DNA of 37,390 bases from an uncultured Rhodospirillaceae bacterium (lineage in GTDB: Bacteria; Pseudomonadota; Alphaproteobacteria; UBA9219): NCBI GenBank assembly GCA_964559415.1, contig CAZLIG010000001.1:1-37390 (forward strand), given 5' to 3'. Shown piece after piece: positions 8,464 to 17,589 of this stretch (position 1 is its first letter; the number at the start of each line of letters is the position of its first letter). The notes under the pieces were generated by a model that ran no database searches, was not told the DNA's origin, and worked only from the letters and a program-made list of their open reading frames with translations. The translations under genes were made by a program, and so were the position numbers.

Positions 8464-9369
8464 ATGATGCTTGCTCGCCGATCTTCCTCATCCAGATGGT
8501 ACTCGTCCACAACCGTCTTATCATGGCGCGGTTTCTCGCGACGTTTCTCGCCGGTTGTCTTTACGGCATTTGCTGTGTGCCTGATGATTCTTTCGCGCAC
8601 GCAACCAAACGCAGTATCCGCTATGAGGTCGTCGACAATTGACGTGCTTACGCCTGTTCTTGACGTTTTATCGCGACCCGCGAATGCCGTTCAGGAAATC
8701 AGCGCTTCCGTGCACGAGTTGCTTTTCTTGCGTTCCGAAAATGCGCGCCTTCGCGAAGAAAATGTGCACATGATCGAATGGCAGAATACGGTCGCTGTTC
8801 TCGAAAAAGAAAATCGTGAACTCCGCTCTCTGCTGAACTTTAAAACCGAACCTCGCGCGTCATACATATCCGCGCGAGTTATCGCCGATACAGGAGGCGC
8901 TTACGCGCGCGGCTTGATCATCACCGCCGGAAAAGCAGACGGTGTGCGCGAAGGCATGGCCGCAATGACGGGAGAGGGCCTGATCGGCCGCGTCATCGAA
9001 GCCGGCGAATGGTCTTCTCGTGTTTGGCTCATTTCTGACCTAAACTCACGAATCCCCGTTGCGATAACGGAAACGGGAGATCGCGCCGTTCTCGCAGGCG
9101 ACAACTCCGCCCAACCAAAGCTTTTGTTTTTGACTCGCGATGCCTCGGTTCCCGAAGGCGCGCACGTAACAACATCCGGGCACGGCGGCGTTTTCCCGCC
9201 AAATCTTCCGATAGGAACCTTGAAAGAAACATCGCGCGGAAACTTTGCCGTTGTTCCAAGCGCCAATCTTGGACGCATAACCTATGTTCGTCTCGTGGAT
9301 TTCGGCTTAGAAGGCAAGGTCCTTAATCACATTGAAAACAAGCTCCGGGCCGAGAGCAAAAAGAAGTAA
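8464..9369 (+). CDS. mreC: rod shape-determining protein MreC
   Basis: N-terminal TM segment, a coiled-coil (LRSENARLREENVHMIEWQNTVAVLEKENRELRSLL), then a beta-rich domain (GLIGRVIEAGEWSSRVWLISDLNSRIPV, TSGHGGVFPPNLPIG). It is followed by mreD and mrdA. Confidence 0.85.
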   Translation: MMLARRSSSSRWYSSTTVLSWRGFSRRFSPVVFTAFAVCLMILSRTQPNAVSAMRSSTIDVLTPVLDVLSRPANAVQEISASVHELLFLRSENARLREENVHMIEWQNTVAVLEKENRELRSLLNFKTEPRASYISARVIADTGGAYARGLIITAGKADGVREGMAAMTGEGLIGRVIEAGEWSSRVWLISDLNSRIPVAITETGDRAVLAGDNSAQPKLLFLTRDASVPEGAHVTTSGHGGVFPPNLPIGTLKETSRGNFAVVPSANLGRITYVRLVDFGLEGKVLNHIENKLRAESKKK

Positions 9370-9881
9370 TGGAAGCTTTGTGGCAACGCCTTGATTTATG
9401 GTTGAGAGCGGCGCTGCCATTGGCATCGGCTCTCTTCATGACATTGCTTGGGGTAGGGGTGTGGCCAATCCCATACATCGGAATGGTCATGCCGCCACTT
9501 TCGTTCATGGCGGTTTTTTATTGGTCCGCGCACCGGCCTGACTTGTTTCCGCCCGTTGCGGCATTCGGCATAGGGCTTCTGAACGACGTCATCGCTGATG
9601 GCCCGTTGGGGCCGTCCGCAATGTTGTTCACAATAGCGCATCAAATTATCTTTCAGCAAAGAAGCGTTTTCACGGGGCACTCGTTTTTAATGTTATGGAC
9701 CGGATACTGCATCGCGGCGACATCGATGATGATTTCGCAATGGGCCTTACAAGGAATTCTCCAATGGCAAATCGCCCCATTTTTTCCGGTATTGACGCAA
9801 GCGGTGTTAGGGATCGTGTTGTTCCCGATTGCGGGATGGGCCTTAATCCATCTCCAACGTAGTACGACGAGTCAGAGCTAA
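9369..9881 (+). CDS. mreD: rod shape-determining protein MreD
   Basis: 170-aa polytopic membrane ORF whose start overlaps the mreC stop. The FGIGLLNDVIADGPLG block is MreD-like, and the gene sits between mreC and mrdA. Confidence 0.78.
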   Translation: MEALWQRLDLWLRAALPLASALFMTLLGVGVWPIPYIGMVMPPLSFMAVFYWSAHRPDLFPPVAAFGIGLLNDVIADGPLGPSAMLFTIAHQIIFQQRSVFTGHSFLMLWTGYCIAATSMMISQWALQGILQWQIAPFFPVLTQAVLGIVLFPIAGWALIHLQRSTTSQS

Positions 9882-11728
9882 TGGCCGGCAACACCGAAAA
9901 ATCTCGTGTCTTCACCCGCCGGGCCATAATTCTTGGCGGCGCAAAAACAGCCTTGTTTTCGCTACTGGCGGGACGCCTCTATTACCTTCAGATTATTGAA
10001 GGAACCGAATACCATAAAATGGCGGAGGAAAACCGAATCAACCTTCGGATAATAGCCCCGCCGCGCGGACGTATTCTTGATCGCTATGGCGTGCCGCTTG
10101 CGATTAATGATCAGTCATTCCGGGTCGTCCTTCTTCCGGAACAGGTAAACGAACTAAAACCGCTACTGGAGAACCTCGGCAGGTATATCGCGCTCGACGA
10201 TGCCGACAAAAAACGCATCGAACGGGACATGAGGGAGCGTAGCGGATTTAATGCGGTGATTGTTCGCGACAACCTGACTCGCGATCAAATGGATATGATC
10301 GCAATTCATACGCCGGAGCTAATCGGCATCGATCTCGATGCCGGAGAAGTGCGCTCTTATCCATACGGAGAAACGACCGCTCATTTGCTTGGCTATGTCG
10401 GAATGGCCTCTAAAAACGAGGTTGATCGCGCCGAAGCGGATGAAGACAATATCTTGGGCGTCCCCGGCTACCGCGTTGGGAAAAACGGCGTCGAAAAACA
10501 ATACGAACGCGATATGCGCGGCAGGGCAGGGGACGTTGAGATGGAGGTTAACGCTCATGGCCGCGTGGTTCGCGAGCTCATGCGGCACGACCCAACTCCC
10601 GGGCAGGATCTGACGCTAGCAATAGATATAGGCCTGCAGCAATTTGCTCAACAAAGGCTTGCGCGCGAGGAGGGGGCCTCGGCCGTCGTTCTCGATATCT
10701 TCACAGGCGAAGTTCTGGTGATGGCTTCCCAGCCCAGTTTCGACCCCAATCTGTTTACCTACGGCATCAGCAAGGATGACTGGGATTCTCTTAACAAAGA
10801 TGTCCGTTCGCCTCTAATGAATAAAGCCATCGGCGGTGTTTATGCACCCGGATCGACGTTCAAGCCGATCACGGCGCTTGCTGCGTTGGAAGCGGATATA
10901 GTCGATCCAAAAGCGCGGGTGTACTGTCCGGGCTATTATGAACTCGGCGACCATAAGTTCCATTGCTGGAAAAAAGGCGGTCACGGCTCCGTCAACATGG
11001 TGGAGGCGATGGCTGGCTCTTGTGACACTTACTTCTACGACCTTGGAAAGCGCGTCGGCATCGATAAGATTCAGGCAATGGCGCAACGTTTCGGCTTCGG
11101 AAAAAAACTGAACGTAGACATCCCGCATGAACAAGGCGGCTTTGTTCCAAACCGGGCGTGGAAAAAGACAAACAAGCATCAGGAATGGCAACAAGGAGAA
11201 ACGCTAGTAAGCGCAATTGGGCAGGGGTTCTTATTAACTTCGCCGCTCCAGTTGGCTGTAATGGCGGCAAGAATAGCCAATAACGGTTTGGCTATAACCC
11301 CCCACGTCGCACAGAAAATCGGTGATCGCGTTGTTGCGCCCAAGCAATGGCCGTCGATGGGACTCGATCCAAAAAACCTCAAAATTGTGCAAGACGGCCT
11401 GTACGCTGTCGTCAATGAACAAACCGGAACGGCTTATGGAGCAAGAATTCCCGACAAAGGAATGGAGATGGCGGGGAAAACCGGTTCTGCGCAAGTTCGG
11501 CATATAAGTGAAGCTGAACGGCTGGATGGCGTAAAGAAAAATGAAACGCTTCCGTGGCGAGAACGCGATCATGCCCTCTTCGCGGGATATGCGCCGGTTG
11601 ACTCCCCTCGCTACGCTGTTGCGGTCGTCGTCGAACACGGCGGCAGCGGCGCGCACGACGCGGCGCCGATCGCCCGCGATATTCTCAAGGAGTGTCAGGA
11701 AAGACGAGGCTTGCCGGGAAATACCTGA
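9881..11728 (+). CDS. mrdA: penicillin-binding protein 2 (elongasome transpeptidase)
   Basis: N-terminal anchor plus PBP dimerisation region (RGRILDRYGVPLA). Transpeptidase motifs are SxxK (GSTFKP), SxD (SCDTYF) and KTG (GKTGSAQ). Its start overlaps the mreD stop. Confidence 0.93.
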   Translation: MAGNTEKSRVFTRRAIILGGAKTALFSLLAGRLYYLQIIEGTEYHKMAEENRINLRIIAPPRGRILDRYGVPLAINDQSFRVVLLPEQVNELKPLLENLGRYIALDDADKKRIERDMRERSGFNAVIVRDNLTRDQMDMIAIHTPELIGIDLDAGEVRSYPYGETTAHLLGYVGMASKNEVDRAEADEDNILGVPGYRVGKNGVEKQYERDMRGRAGDVEMEVNAHGRVVRELMRHDPTPGQDLTLAIDIGLQQFAQQRLAREEGASAVVLDIFTGEVLVMASQPSFDPNLFTYGISKDDWDSLNKDVRSPLMNKAIGGVYAPGSTFKPITALAALEADIVDPKARVYCPGYYELGDHKFHCWKKGGHGSVNMVEAMAGSCDTYFYDLGKRVGIDKIQAMAQRFGFGKKLNVDIPHEQGGFVPNRAWKKTNKHQEWQQGETLVSAIGQGFLLTSPLQLAVMAARIANNGLAITPHVAQKIGDRVVAPKQWPSMGLDPKNLKIVQDGLYAVVNEQTGTAYGARIPDKGMEMAGKTGSAQVRHISEAERLDGVKKNETLPWRERDHALFAGYAPVDSPRYAVAVVVEHGGSGAHDAAPIARDILKECQERRGLPGNT

Positions 11729-12044
11729 AAGGTCGGATGCCGGAGCGGATTTCCACCCTTTTAACGAAAACCAAGCTCCGGCTACCAACGCCTAAGACGG
11801 GAGCGGAAGGTCCGCGCATCCCGCCTTCTCTCTACTCTAGGCCGATCAAACCTAGTCGAAAGCCAAAGCTAAAGTCAACCCGTTGTTCATGAAACGTTCT
11901 AATACTTCTTCGGGTTTTTCTGAAGTAAAAGATGCCCGAAGAAAAGAAGTAAGTGGTTGTAACACAAAAGAAATACACAACCATTACGAACGTGTAATGT
12001 TAAGAAGTATTACTGTGCTCCGATTACCCCAACTCAAAGGGGGC

Positions 12045-13361
12045 CTAAAGGATGAACTTCGACAAATCGATGTTTTGAGCAAACTCGCTCAGCCGTTCGC
12101 GAACATAAGAGCCGTCGATAACAATGGTCTCCCCCGTTTTTTCACTCGCATCGAAACTGATGTCCTCAAGAAGCTTTTCGAGCAGCGTATGAAGTCTGCG
12201 TGCGCCGATATTCTCCACGCTGCTATTTACCTCCGCAGCAAGGCGAGCAATTTCATCAAGAGCATCTTCCGTAAAGTCGAGGGAAAGCTCCTCCGTCTTC
12301 ATAAGCGCCTTGTACTGTTTAATTAAACTCGCTTCCGGCTCAGTCAGGATGCGTTTGAAGTCTTCTCGAGAAAGAGGCTTAAGCTCGACGCGTATGGGCA
12401 AGCGTCCCTGAAGTTCCGGCAGGAGGTCGGAAGGTTTCGCCATGTGAAACGCGCCCGAAGCGATAAAAAGGATATGGTCGGTGCGCACGGCCCCATATTT
12501 GGTTGAAACCGTTGTTCCCTCGATGAGAGGCAAAAGGTCTCTCTGAACCCCCTCGCGGCTAACATCTCCGCCCCCCCGAAAACTCTCGGAGCGCGCCGCA
12601 ATCTTGTCGATTTCATCAAGAAAAACGATGCCGTTCTGCTCAACCTCGTCAACGGCCATCTCAACCACCTTGTCGTTATCAAGAAGCTTGTCGGCCTCCT
12701 CGTCGTGCAAAACCTTCAGAGCCTCCGAAACCGACATCTTTCTCGTTTTCGTCCGCGAGGCCCCCATTTTGCTGAACATTTCACCAAGGTTAATCATGCC
12801 CATCTGAGCGCCCGGCATCCCCGGAACATCGAACATCGGCAATCCCTGTCCGGCCGTGTCTTGAACCTGAACCTCGATTTCGCGGTCTTGAAGTTCCCCG
12901 TTCTCAAGCATATGCCGGAACTTGGTGCGCGTCTCCGGCGTCGCGCTTTCCCCGACAAGTGCGTCGATTGCGCGCTCCTGTGCGGCTTTGGCGGCGCGTG
13001 CATCGACTTCTTTGGTCATGCGCGCGCGAACCATTTTTATGGCGACATCCAGAAGGTCCCGAACGATCTGCTCCACATCCCGCCCGACATAGCCAACCTC
13101 TGTGAACTTTGTAGCCTCAACTTTATAAAAAGGGGCTTGGGCAAGCCTGGCAAGGCGTCGGGCAATCTCGGTCTTGCCCACGCCGGTCGGGCCGATCATA
13201 AGGATGTTTTTGGGAACGACCTCTTCCCGTAATCCCTCCGGAAGCTGCCGCCTGCGCCAACGGTTGCGCAACGCAATGGCAACGGCGCGCTTGGCTTCGT
13301 GCTGGCCGACGATATAGCGGTCAAGTTCGGCGGTAATTTCTTTGGGTGAAAGCGTCGTCAT
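12045..13361 (-). CDS. hslU: ATP-dependent protease ATPase subunit HslU
   Basis: Walker [16 protein letters not shown], Walker [12 protein letters not shown] and the C-terminal [18 protein letters not shown] block. It overlaps hslV by 4 nt. Confidence 0.96.
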   Translation of the reverse strand: MTTLSPKEITAELDRYIVGQHEAKRAVAIALRNRWRRRQLPEGLREEVVPKNILMIGPTGVGKTEIARRLARLAQAPFYKVEATKFTEVGYVGRDVEQIVRDLLDVAIKMVRARMTKEVDARAAKAAQERAIDALVGESATPETRTKFRHMLENGELQDREIEVQVQDTAGQGLPMFDVPGMPGAQMGMINLGEMFSKMGASRTKTRKMSVSEALKVLHDEEADKLLDNDKVVEMAVDEVEQNGIVFLDEIDKIAARSESFRGGGDVSREGVQRDLLPLIEGTTVSTKYGAVRTDHILFIASGAFHMAKPSDLLPELQGRLPIRVELKPLSREDFKRILTEPEASLIKQYKALMKTEELSLDFTEDALDEIARLAAEVNSSVENIGARRLHTLLEKLLEDISFDASEKTGETIVIDGSYVRERLSEFAQNIDLSKFIL

Positions 13362-13924
13362 GTAATGTCTATGCTCTCCAGTGTTACGTTGGTGTTTGTG
13401 TAAACGCAGATACCCGCTGCGATCTCAAGCGCTTTGCGAGCCATCTGTTCGGCATCGATGGTGTCGATGTTGTAGAGCGCGCGGGCTGCCGCAAGCGCAT
13501 AAGCTCCCCCAGAGCCAATCCCTATCAGACCGCCCTCCGGCTCAAGCACATCTCCGTTGCCTGAAAGGATGAGGCTCGTTTGAGCATCGGAAACCGCCAT
13601 CATAGCCTCGAGATGCCGAAGATACCTGTCGGTTCTCCAATCTTTCGCCAACTCGACGCAGGCACGCATAAGCTGCCCCGGATGTTTTTCGAGCTTCCCC
13701 TCAAGCCGTTCAAAAAGGGCAAAAGCATCGGCAGTCGCGCCCGCGAACCCTGCGATGACAGCCTCTGTTCCGCCGGATTTCAGCCGTCGAACTTTTCGAG
13801 CATTGCCTTTGACGATGGTTGCGCCCATCGAAACCTGTCCGTCGCCAGCAATGACGACCTTATTACCTTTCCGCACGGCAATGATGGTCGTGCCGTGCCA
13901 TAAGGGAGAAGGGGAGTTGGTCAT
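13358..13924 (-). CDS. hslV: ATP-dependent protease subunit HslV
   Basis: 188-aa ORF with the catalytic N-terminal Thr context ([12 protein letters not shown]) and the [14 protein letters not shown] block. Confidence 0.95.
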   Translation of the reverse strand: MTNSPSPLWHGTTIIAVRKGNKVVIAGDGQVSMGATIVKGNARKVRRLKSGGTEAVIAGFAGATADAFALFERLEGKLEKHPGQLMRACVELAKDWRTDRYLRHLEAMMAVSDAQTSLILSGNGDVLEPEGGLIGIGSGGAYALAAARALYNIDTIDAEQMARKALEIAAGICVYTNTNVTLESIDIT

Positions 13925-13973
13925 TTATATATCGGGATCTGGGGTTGTGTTCTTAGGTGAACAATATGAGTGA

Positions 13974-14001
13974 AGATAAGAAGTTTTTTATGTCAAACAA
14001 G
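13974..14001 (-). promoter_or_regulatory. candidate RpoH (sigma-32)-type heat-shock promoter for hslVU
   Basis: The minus strand reads CTTG-N17-CTTATCT. This fits the alphaproteobacterial sigma-32 consensus as I recall it (CTTG-N17/18-CYTATNT). The -10 element ends about 50 nt upstream of the hslV ATG. Confidence 0.4.
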
Positions 14002-14148
14002 GGGGAACGGCCTCCTGTCCCACATTTGTATCTCTGGCGGCCCAATCTTCTTTTGACGAGGGGAAACTCGTTAAGCCCGGTTTTTGCCAAAAATTAGGTA
14101 AATGAGTGCATTGATGAAAAAACCGGAAACGGATAAAATGGCGAATCA

Positions 14149-14526
14149 ATGTTTAAGGGGGCCGCCTTGCAACAAAGCATCGGAATTTCTGCATGGCCGG
14201 TGATGGAACCGGAAATCATGGATACCGACAGGTATCTGACCGGAGCCAACGCGCCAGAGTTCGAAGAAGACATTTCTTTGTGCATACAAAGCGGCGCGCG
14301 GTCGATGATTTTGGACTGCAGTCGGCTAACCTACATGACATGCGCAGGCCTCCGCGTTTTTTTCGGTATAGCGCGTAAAATGTACGCAGCGGGCGGCACG
14401 CTTTTCATAAAGGGACTGAAAGGACAGCCGCGACAGCTCTACTTTGCGTGCGGCATGGACGTGGTGGTTCCCTTGGTAAAGGAAGAGCGCCGGTCGCCAA
14501 TTCGCTCCCGTCAGCCCGCCGCTTGA
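14149..14526 (+). CDS. single-domain STAS protein (anti-sigma-factor-antagonist-like)
   Basis: 125-aa ORF whose core SMILDCSRLTYMTCAGLRVFFGIARKMYAAGGTLFIKGL has the STAS layout (compare LDLxxLxFMDSSGLGVL of SpoIIAA). The start is uncertain, with alternative Met codons downstream. Confidence 0.6.
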   Translation: MFKGAALQQSIGISAWPVMEPEIMDTDRYLTGANAPEFEEDISLCIQSGARSMILDCSRLTYMTCAGLRVFFGIARKMYAAGGTLFIKGLKGQPRQLYFACGMDVVVPLVKEERRSPIRSRQPAA

Positions 14527-14573
14527 TTTTGTCGCAGTTTGTTCCCGTCTCTATTTGTTAGAACAGGTGTTTT

Positions 14574-15029
14574 ATGTCTTTTGTTTCTGTTGCCATTACA
14601 AAACTTCCCCATGCCGAAGGGCTCGATCTTCCTTCCTATGCAACAGAGCATTCCGCAGGCATGGATTTGGTAGCTGCCGTTCAGGCGGATCTTGTTATGG
14701 CTCCGGGTGAGCGCAAGTTGATCCCGACGGGCCTTTCAATTGCATTGCCGGAAGGCTACGAAGCACAAGTCCGCCCGCGCTCCGGCCTCGCGTTAAAAAA
14801 TGGAATAGCCGTTCTGAATAGCCCCGGAACCATCGACGCCGACTATCGAGGCGAAGTACAGATAATCCTCGCAAACCTCGGAAGCGACGCCTTCACGATC
14901 AAGCGCGGAATGAGAATTGCGCAGATGGTGGTTGCACAATATAGCCGGGTATCGTGGCAGCAAGCCGATCAGCTTTCGGAGACAAAGCGCGGCGCAGGCG
15001 GCTTTGGATCGACCGGTACCGGCGCTTGA
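14574..15029 (+). CDS. dut: dUTP diphosphatase
   Basis: All five dUTPase motifs are visible ([40 protein letters not shown]). Confidence 0.95.
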   Translation: MSFVSVAITKLPHAEGLDLPSYATEHSAGMDLVAAVQADLVMAPGERKLIPTGLSIALPEGYEAQVRPRSGLALKNGIAVLNSPGTIDADYRGEVQIILANLGSDAFTIKRGMRIAQMVVAQYSRVSWQQADQLSETKRGAGGFGSTGTGA

Positions 15030-15520
15030 TCGCCGCCAACAGCGATCACATATCGCGGCGGATACAAGACATTTCTTGCGCTTTTCTTCGGATCGAACAA
15101 AACAGTCAACCTTTTAGGATGAACCTCCTCGCTTGTCCTGGTCGATACTTTTCCCGAGATGCGAAGGCCACTGTCGTCAAAAAAATCGTAGGCGAGACTT
15201 AAAAAATTTTTACCAAGGATCTGAAACGCTTCTTGATCACCAATGAGGATAGCTTGAGTTGTCTGCCCCCTGGAAACCAGCATCATCTCCCTGTAAAATT
15301 TGGAGAGAAGAAAAACCCAAAAAACCGCAAACAAGGCCGCGTAAAAAAGAAGCCCCATCGAGATGACTCCGCGTGTTTCATAAAGAAGCGCCGCGTATCC
15401 CCCGCACAAAATCCAGACAGTAAGACAAGAAAGAATCTCAACAAAAGCCAGCACGCGCGGCTTAGCTTTCCGAGGAATTTGCTGCCTCAGTTCCTTGGGG
15501 GGCATCCACTCCGGAATCAC
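14969..15520 (-). CDS. membrane protein, DUF3592-like (two TM helices plus a small beta domain)
   Basis: 183-aa ORF starting 19 nt downstream of the SPFH gene stop. It has two hydrophobic helices ([43 protein letters not shown]) followed by a soluble domain. The family call is tentative. Confidence 0.5.
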   Translation of the reverse strand: MIPEWMPPKELRQQIPRKAKPRVLAFVEILSCLTVWILCGGYAALLYETRGVISMGLLFYAALFAVFWVFLLSKFYREMMLVSRGQTTQAILIGDQEAFQILGKNFLSLAYDFFDDSGLRISGKVSTRTSEEVHPKRLTVLFDPKKSARNVLYPPRYVIAVGGDQAPVPVDPKPPAPRFVSES

Positions 15521-15539
15521 GCGGCGCGCTCCGCAGGCG

Positions 15540-16397
15540 TCATTTCGCCCTGCTCAACAAACCGCGAACGGCTTCCTGAATGTCGGCAGGAATAATAACG
15601 AACTTGCCGTTCGCCGTTCCCGACATCTTTTCCAGCATCCTGATGTACTTTTCGCCGAGGAGGTAAGCCATCGGGCCATCCTTCTCGCCAATAGTTTCGG
15701 CAACTTTTCTGATAGCTTCCGAAGATGCTGCGGCCAGCGTCACCTGAGCCTCGGCATCGCGTTTGGCGGATTCAAGTCGCGCATCGGCCTGAAGGATCAT
15801 GGACTGCTTTTCGCCTTCCGCCCTCGTCACCATCGCCTTGCGTTCACGTTCAGAGGCAGCTTGCATCTCCATGGCCTTCTGCATCGAAGCGGAAGGCTTA
15901 ATGTCCTGAATTTCAACGGACTTTACGGTCAATCCCCAATCCATGACTTCCTCGGCGATGCTCTCGCGCAAGCGAGCCTTGATTTTGTCGCGCGACGACA
16001 GCGCAACGTCGAGTTCCATTTCGCCGACGATAGACCGAAGAGCCGTCATGATGAGATTACGGATGCCATCGGCAAAGTTCACGATGCCATAAACCGCCTT
16101 GACGGGGTTCGTAACCTTCACAAACGCAATCGCGTTGACGATTAGGAGTGCGTTGTCCTTGGTAATGACCTCCTGCTGAGGAACGTCAAGCATGATATCT
16201 TTGGTGATAACGCGGCTCGCGACGCGATCAAGATAGGGGATCATAAAATTCAGGCCGGGCAAAAAGGTACCAAAGTACTTGCCCAGACGTTCAACAACCC
16301 ATTCCTCGCCCTGAGGCACGATCCGTACCCCGCGCATGATCGTAACGACAGCGAATATAACGAGGACAATGGTAAAGAGCGTCCCGCCTGTGATCAT
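15540..16397 (-). CDS. SPFH/band-7 (stomatin-like) membrane protein
   Basis: N-terminal TM segment, then the SPFH core (VPQGEEWVVERLGKY, DVPQQEVITKDNALLIVNAIAFVKV, the LRSIVGEMELD block) and an Ala/Glu-rich coiled coil. It is paired with an upstream NfeD gene. Confidence 0.9.
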   Translation of the reverse strand: MITGGTLFTIVLVIFAVVTIMRGVRIVPQGEEWVVERLGKYFGTFLPGLNFMIPYLDRVASRVITKDIMLDVPQQEVITKDNALLIVNAIAFVKVTNPVKAVYGIVNFADGIRNLIMTALRSIVGEMELDVALSSRDKIKARLRESIAEEVMDWGLTVKSVEIQDIKPSASMQKAMEMQAASERERKAMVTRAEGEKQSMILQADARLESAKRDAEAQVTLAAASSEAIRKVAETIGEKDGPMAYLLGEKYIRMLEKMSGTANGKFVIIPADIQEAVRGLLSRAK

Positions 16398-16409
16398 TTT
16401 CGATCTCCC

Positions 16410-16853
16410 TTAGGCTCTGGTAATTTTTAAAAGGCTTCCCTCGACACTGACAACCTTGACGCGGCTTCCTGCTTCGATCTTCTCGTCAGCGACGCACTCC
16501 CAGACATCCGAGCCAATCAACGGCGTCTGAAATCGAACTTTAGCCTTTCCAAAAGGCTTGATGTCGTTAATAAGCAAACCCACCTCGCCCACGGCCTCTG
16601 CCGAGGAGCGTCCGGCTTTGATCTTGTGCTGATGCGGCTGAAAAACCTTGAACCACAAGACAACAAGCCCGATCGATGCCGCCATCCAGACAAGAAGCTG
16701 CGCGGTAAAACTTATTTCTGGTAAAAGAACCAATAGGATAGCAACGATAAGGCCCCCGAGGCCGAACCAGATCACGAAGAAGGCGGGCACGAGAAGCTCG
16801 GACACAACCAGCAAGATGCCGACGATTGCCCAATGATACCATTCTAATTGCAT
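16410..16853 (-). CDS. NfeD-family membrane protein
   Basis: 147-aa ORF with three TM helices and a C-terminal OB-like domain (GKAKVRFQTPLIGSDVWECVADEKIEAGSRVKVVSVEGSLLKI). This is the classic partner immediately upstream of an SPFH gene. Confidence 0.85.
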   Translation of the reverse strand: MQLEWYHWAIVGILLVVSELLVPAFFVIWFGLGGLIVAILLVLLPEISFTAQLLVWMAASIGLVVLWFKVFQPHQHKIKAGRSSAEAVGEVGLLINDIKPFGKAKVRFQTPLIGSDVWECVADEKIEAGSRVKVVSVEGSLLKITRA

Positions 16854-17061
16854 GAAGAGACGATGGCCTGTGAGCTCTTAAAAATTGATGAACAGCGGGT
16901 ATCCTAAGCCCAAAACGTGTGAAAAAGAAGAATCTTCTGGCAAAAACATGGTATTTTGTGCATAAGACCGCTTGGTTATGCAGAGCGCATAAACCGGCGT
17001 CGGCACACTGGACGACATCCTGGTCCCGGCGATTTCACAACAACTAATTAAGGAGTTCCCG

Positions 17062-17331
17062 ATGTCGATGACGACCGAAAAGAAAAAAGAAATTATTACC
17101 AAGCACGCGCGCGCAAAAAACGATACGGGATCACCCGAAGTCCAAATCGCGCTTTTGACCAACCGCATTAACCAATTGACCTCGCACTTCGAAACCCACA
17201 AGAAGGACCACCATTCGCGCCGTGGCCTTTTGTCGCTTGTCAGCAACCGCCGCAGCCTGCTGGATTATTTGAAGAAGAAAAAGCCCGCAGTCTATGAAAA
17301 GTTGATCGGCGAGTTGGGCTTGCGCAAGTAA
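17062..17331 (+). CDS. rpsO: 30S ribosomal protein S15
   Basis: 89 aa. The blocks [35 protein letters not shown] are diagnostic. Confidence 0.96.
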   Translation: MSMTTEKKKEIITKHARAKNDTGSPEVQIALLTNRINQLTSHFETHKKDHHSRRGLLSLVSNRRSLLDYLKKKKPAVYEKLIGELGLRK

Positions 17332-17589
17332 GCATCCGCATGGTCCGCGCGACGGCATCAGGCATATCTCAAACAGCGCAAAAGCCGCTGGGTCGGAAAG
17401 CTGACCCAGAATGCCGGATGTATCCGCTTGCACAAAAATATAAAACAGACTTCGGTGCTGGAGGGGATTACTTCCAGGCGCCGTTACGAACGTTCATGAA
17501 GCAACTAGCAGCATGAAAGGCCGCCCTGCATTGGGCAGGGGCGGGACTCACCGGAAGGCGAGGCCTTCCAAACAAGAAAGAGGAACAAA

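Noticed and set aside
11883-12326. 147-aa plus-strand ORF spanning the mrdA-hslU spacer
   Set aside because: Two thirds of it is antisense to the hslU 3' end. The remainder covers the hairpin-rich spacer, which is better explained as non-coding structure.
15495-16145. 216-aa plus-strand ORF opposite the SPFH gene; similar antisense ORFs occur opposite mrdA (11234..11788), bamB (34268..34882), der (35747..36220) and hslU (12705..13232)
   Set aside because: Each is antisense to a gene with strong family motifs. None shows motifs or a plausible ribosome-binding context.
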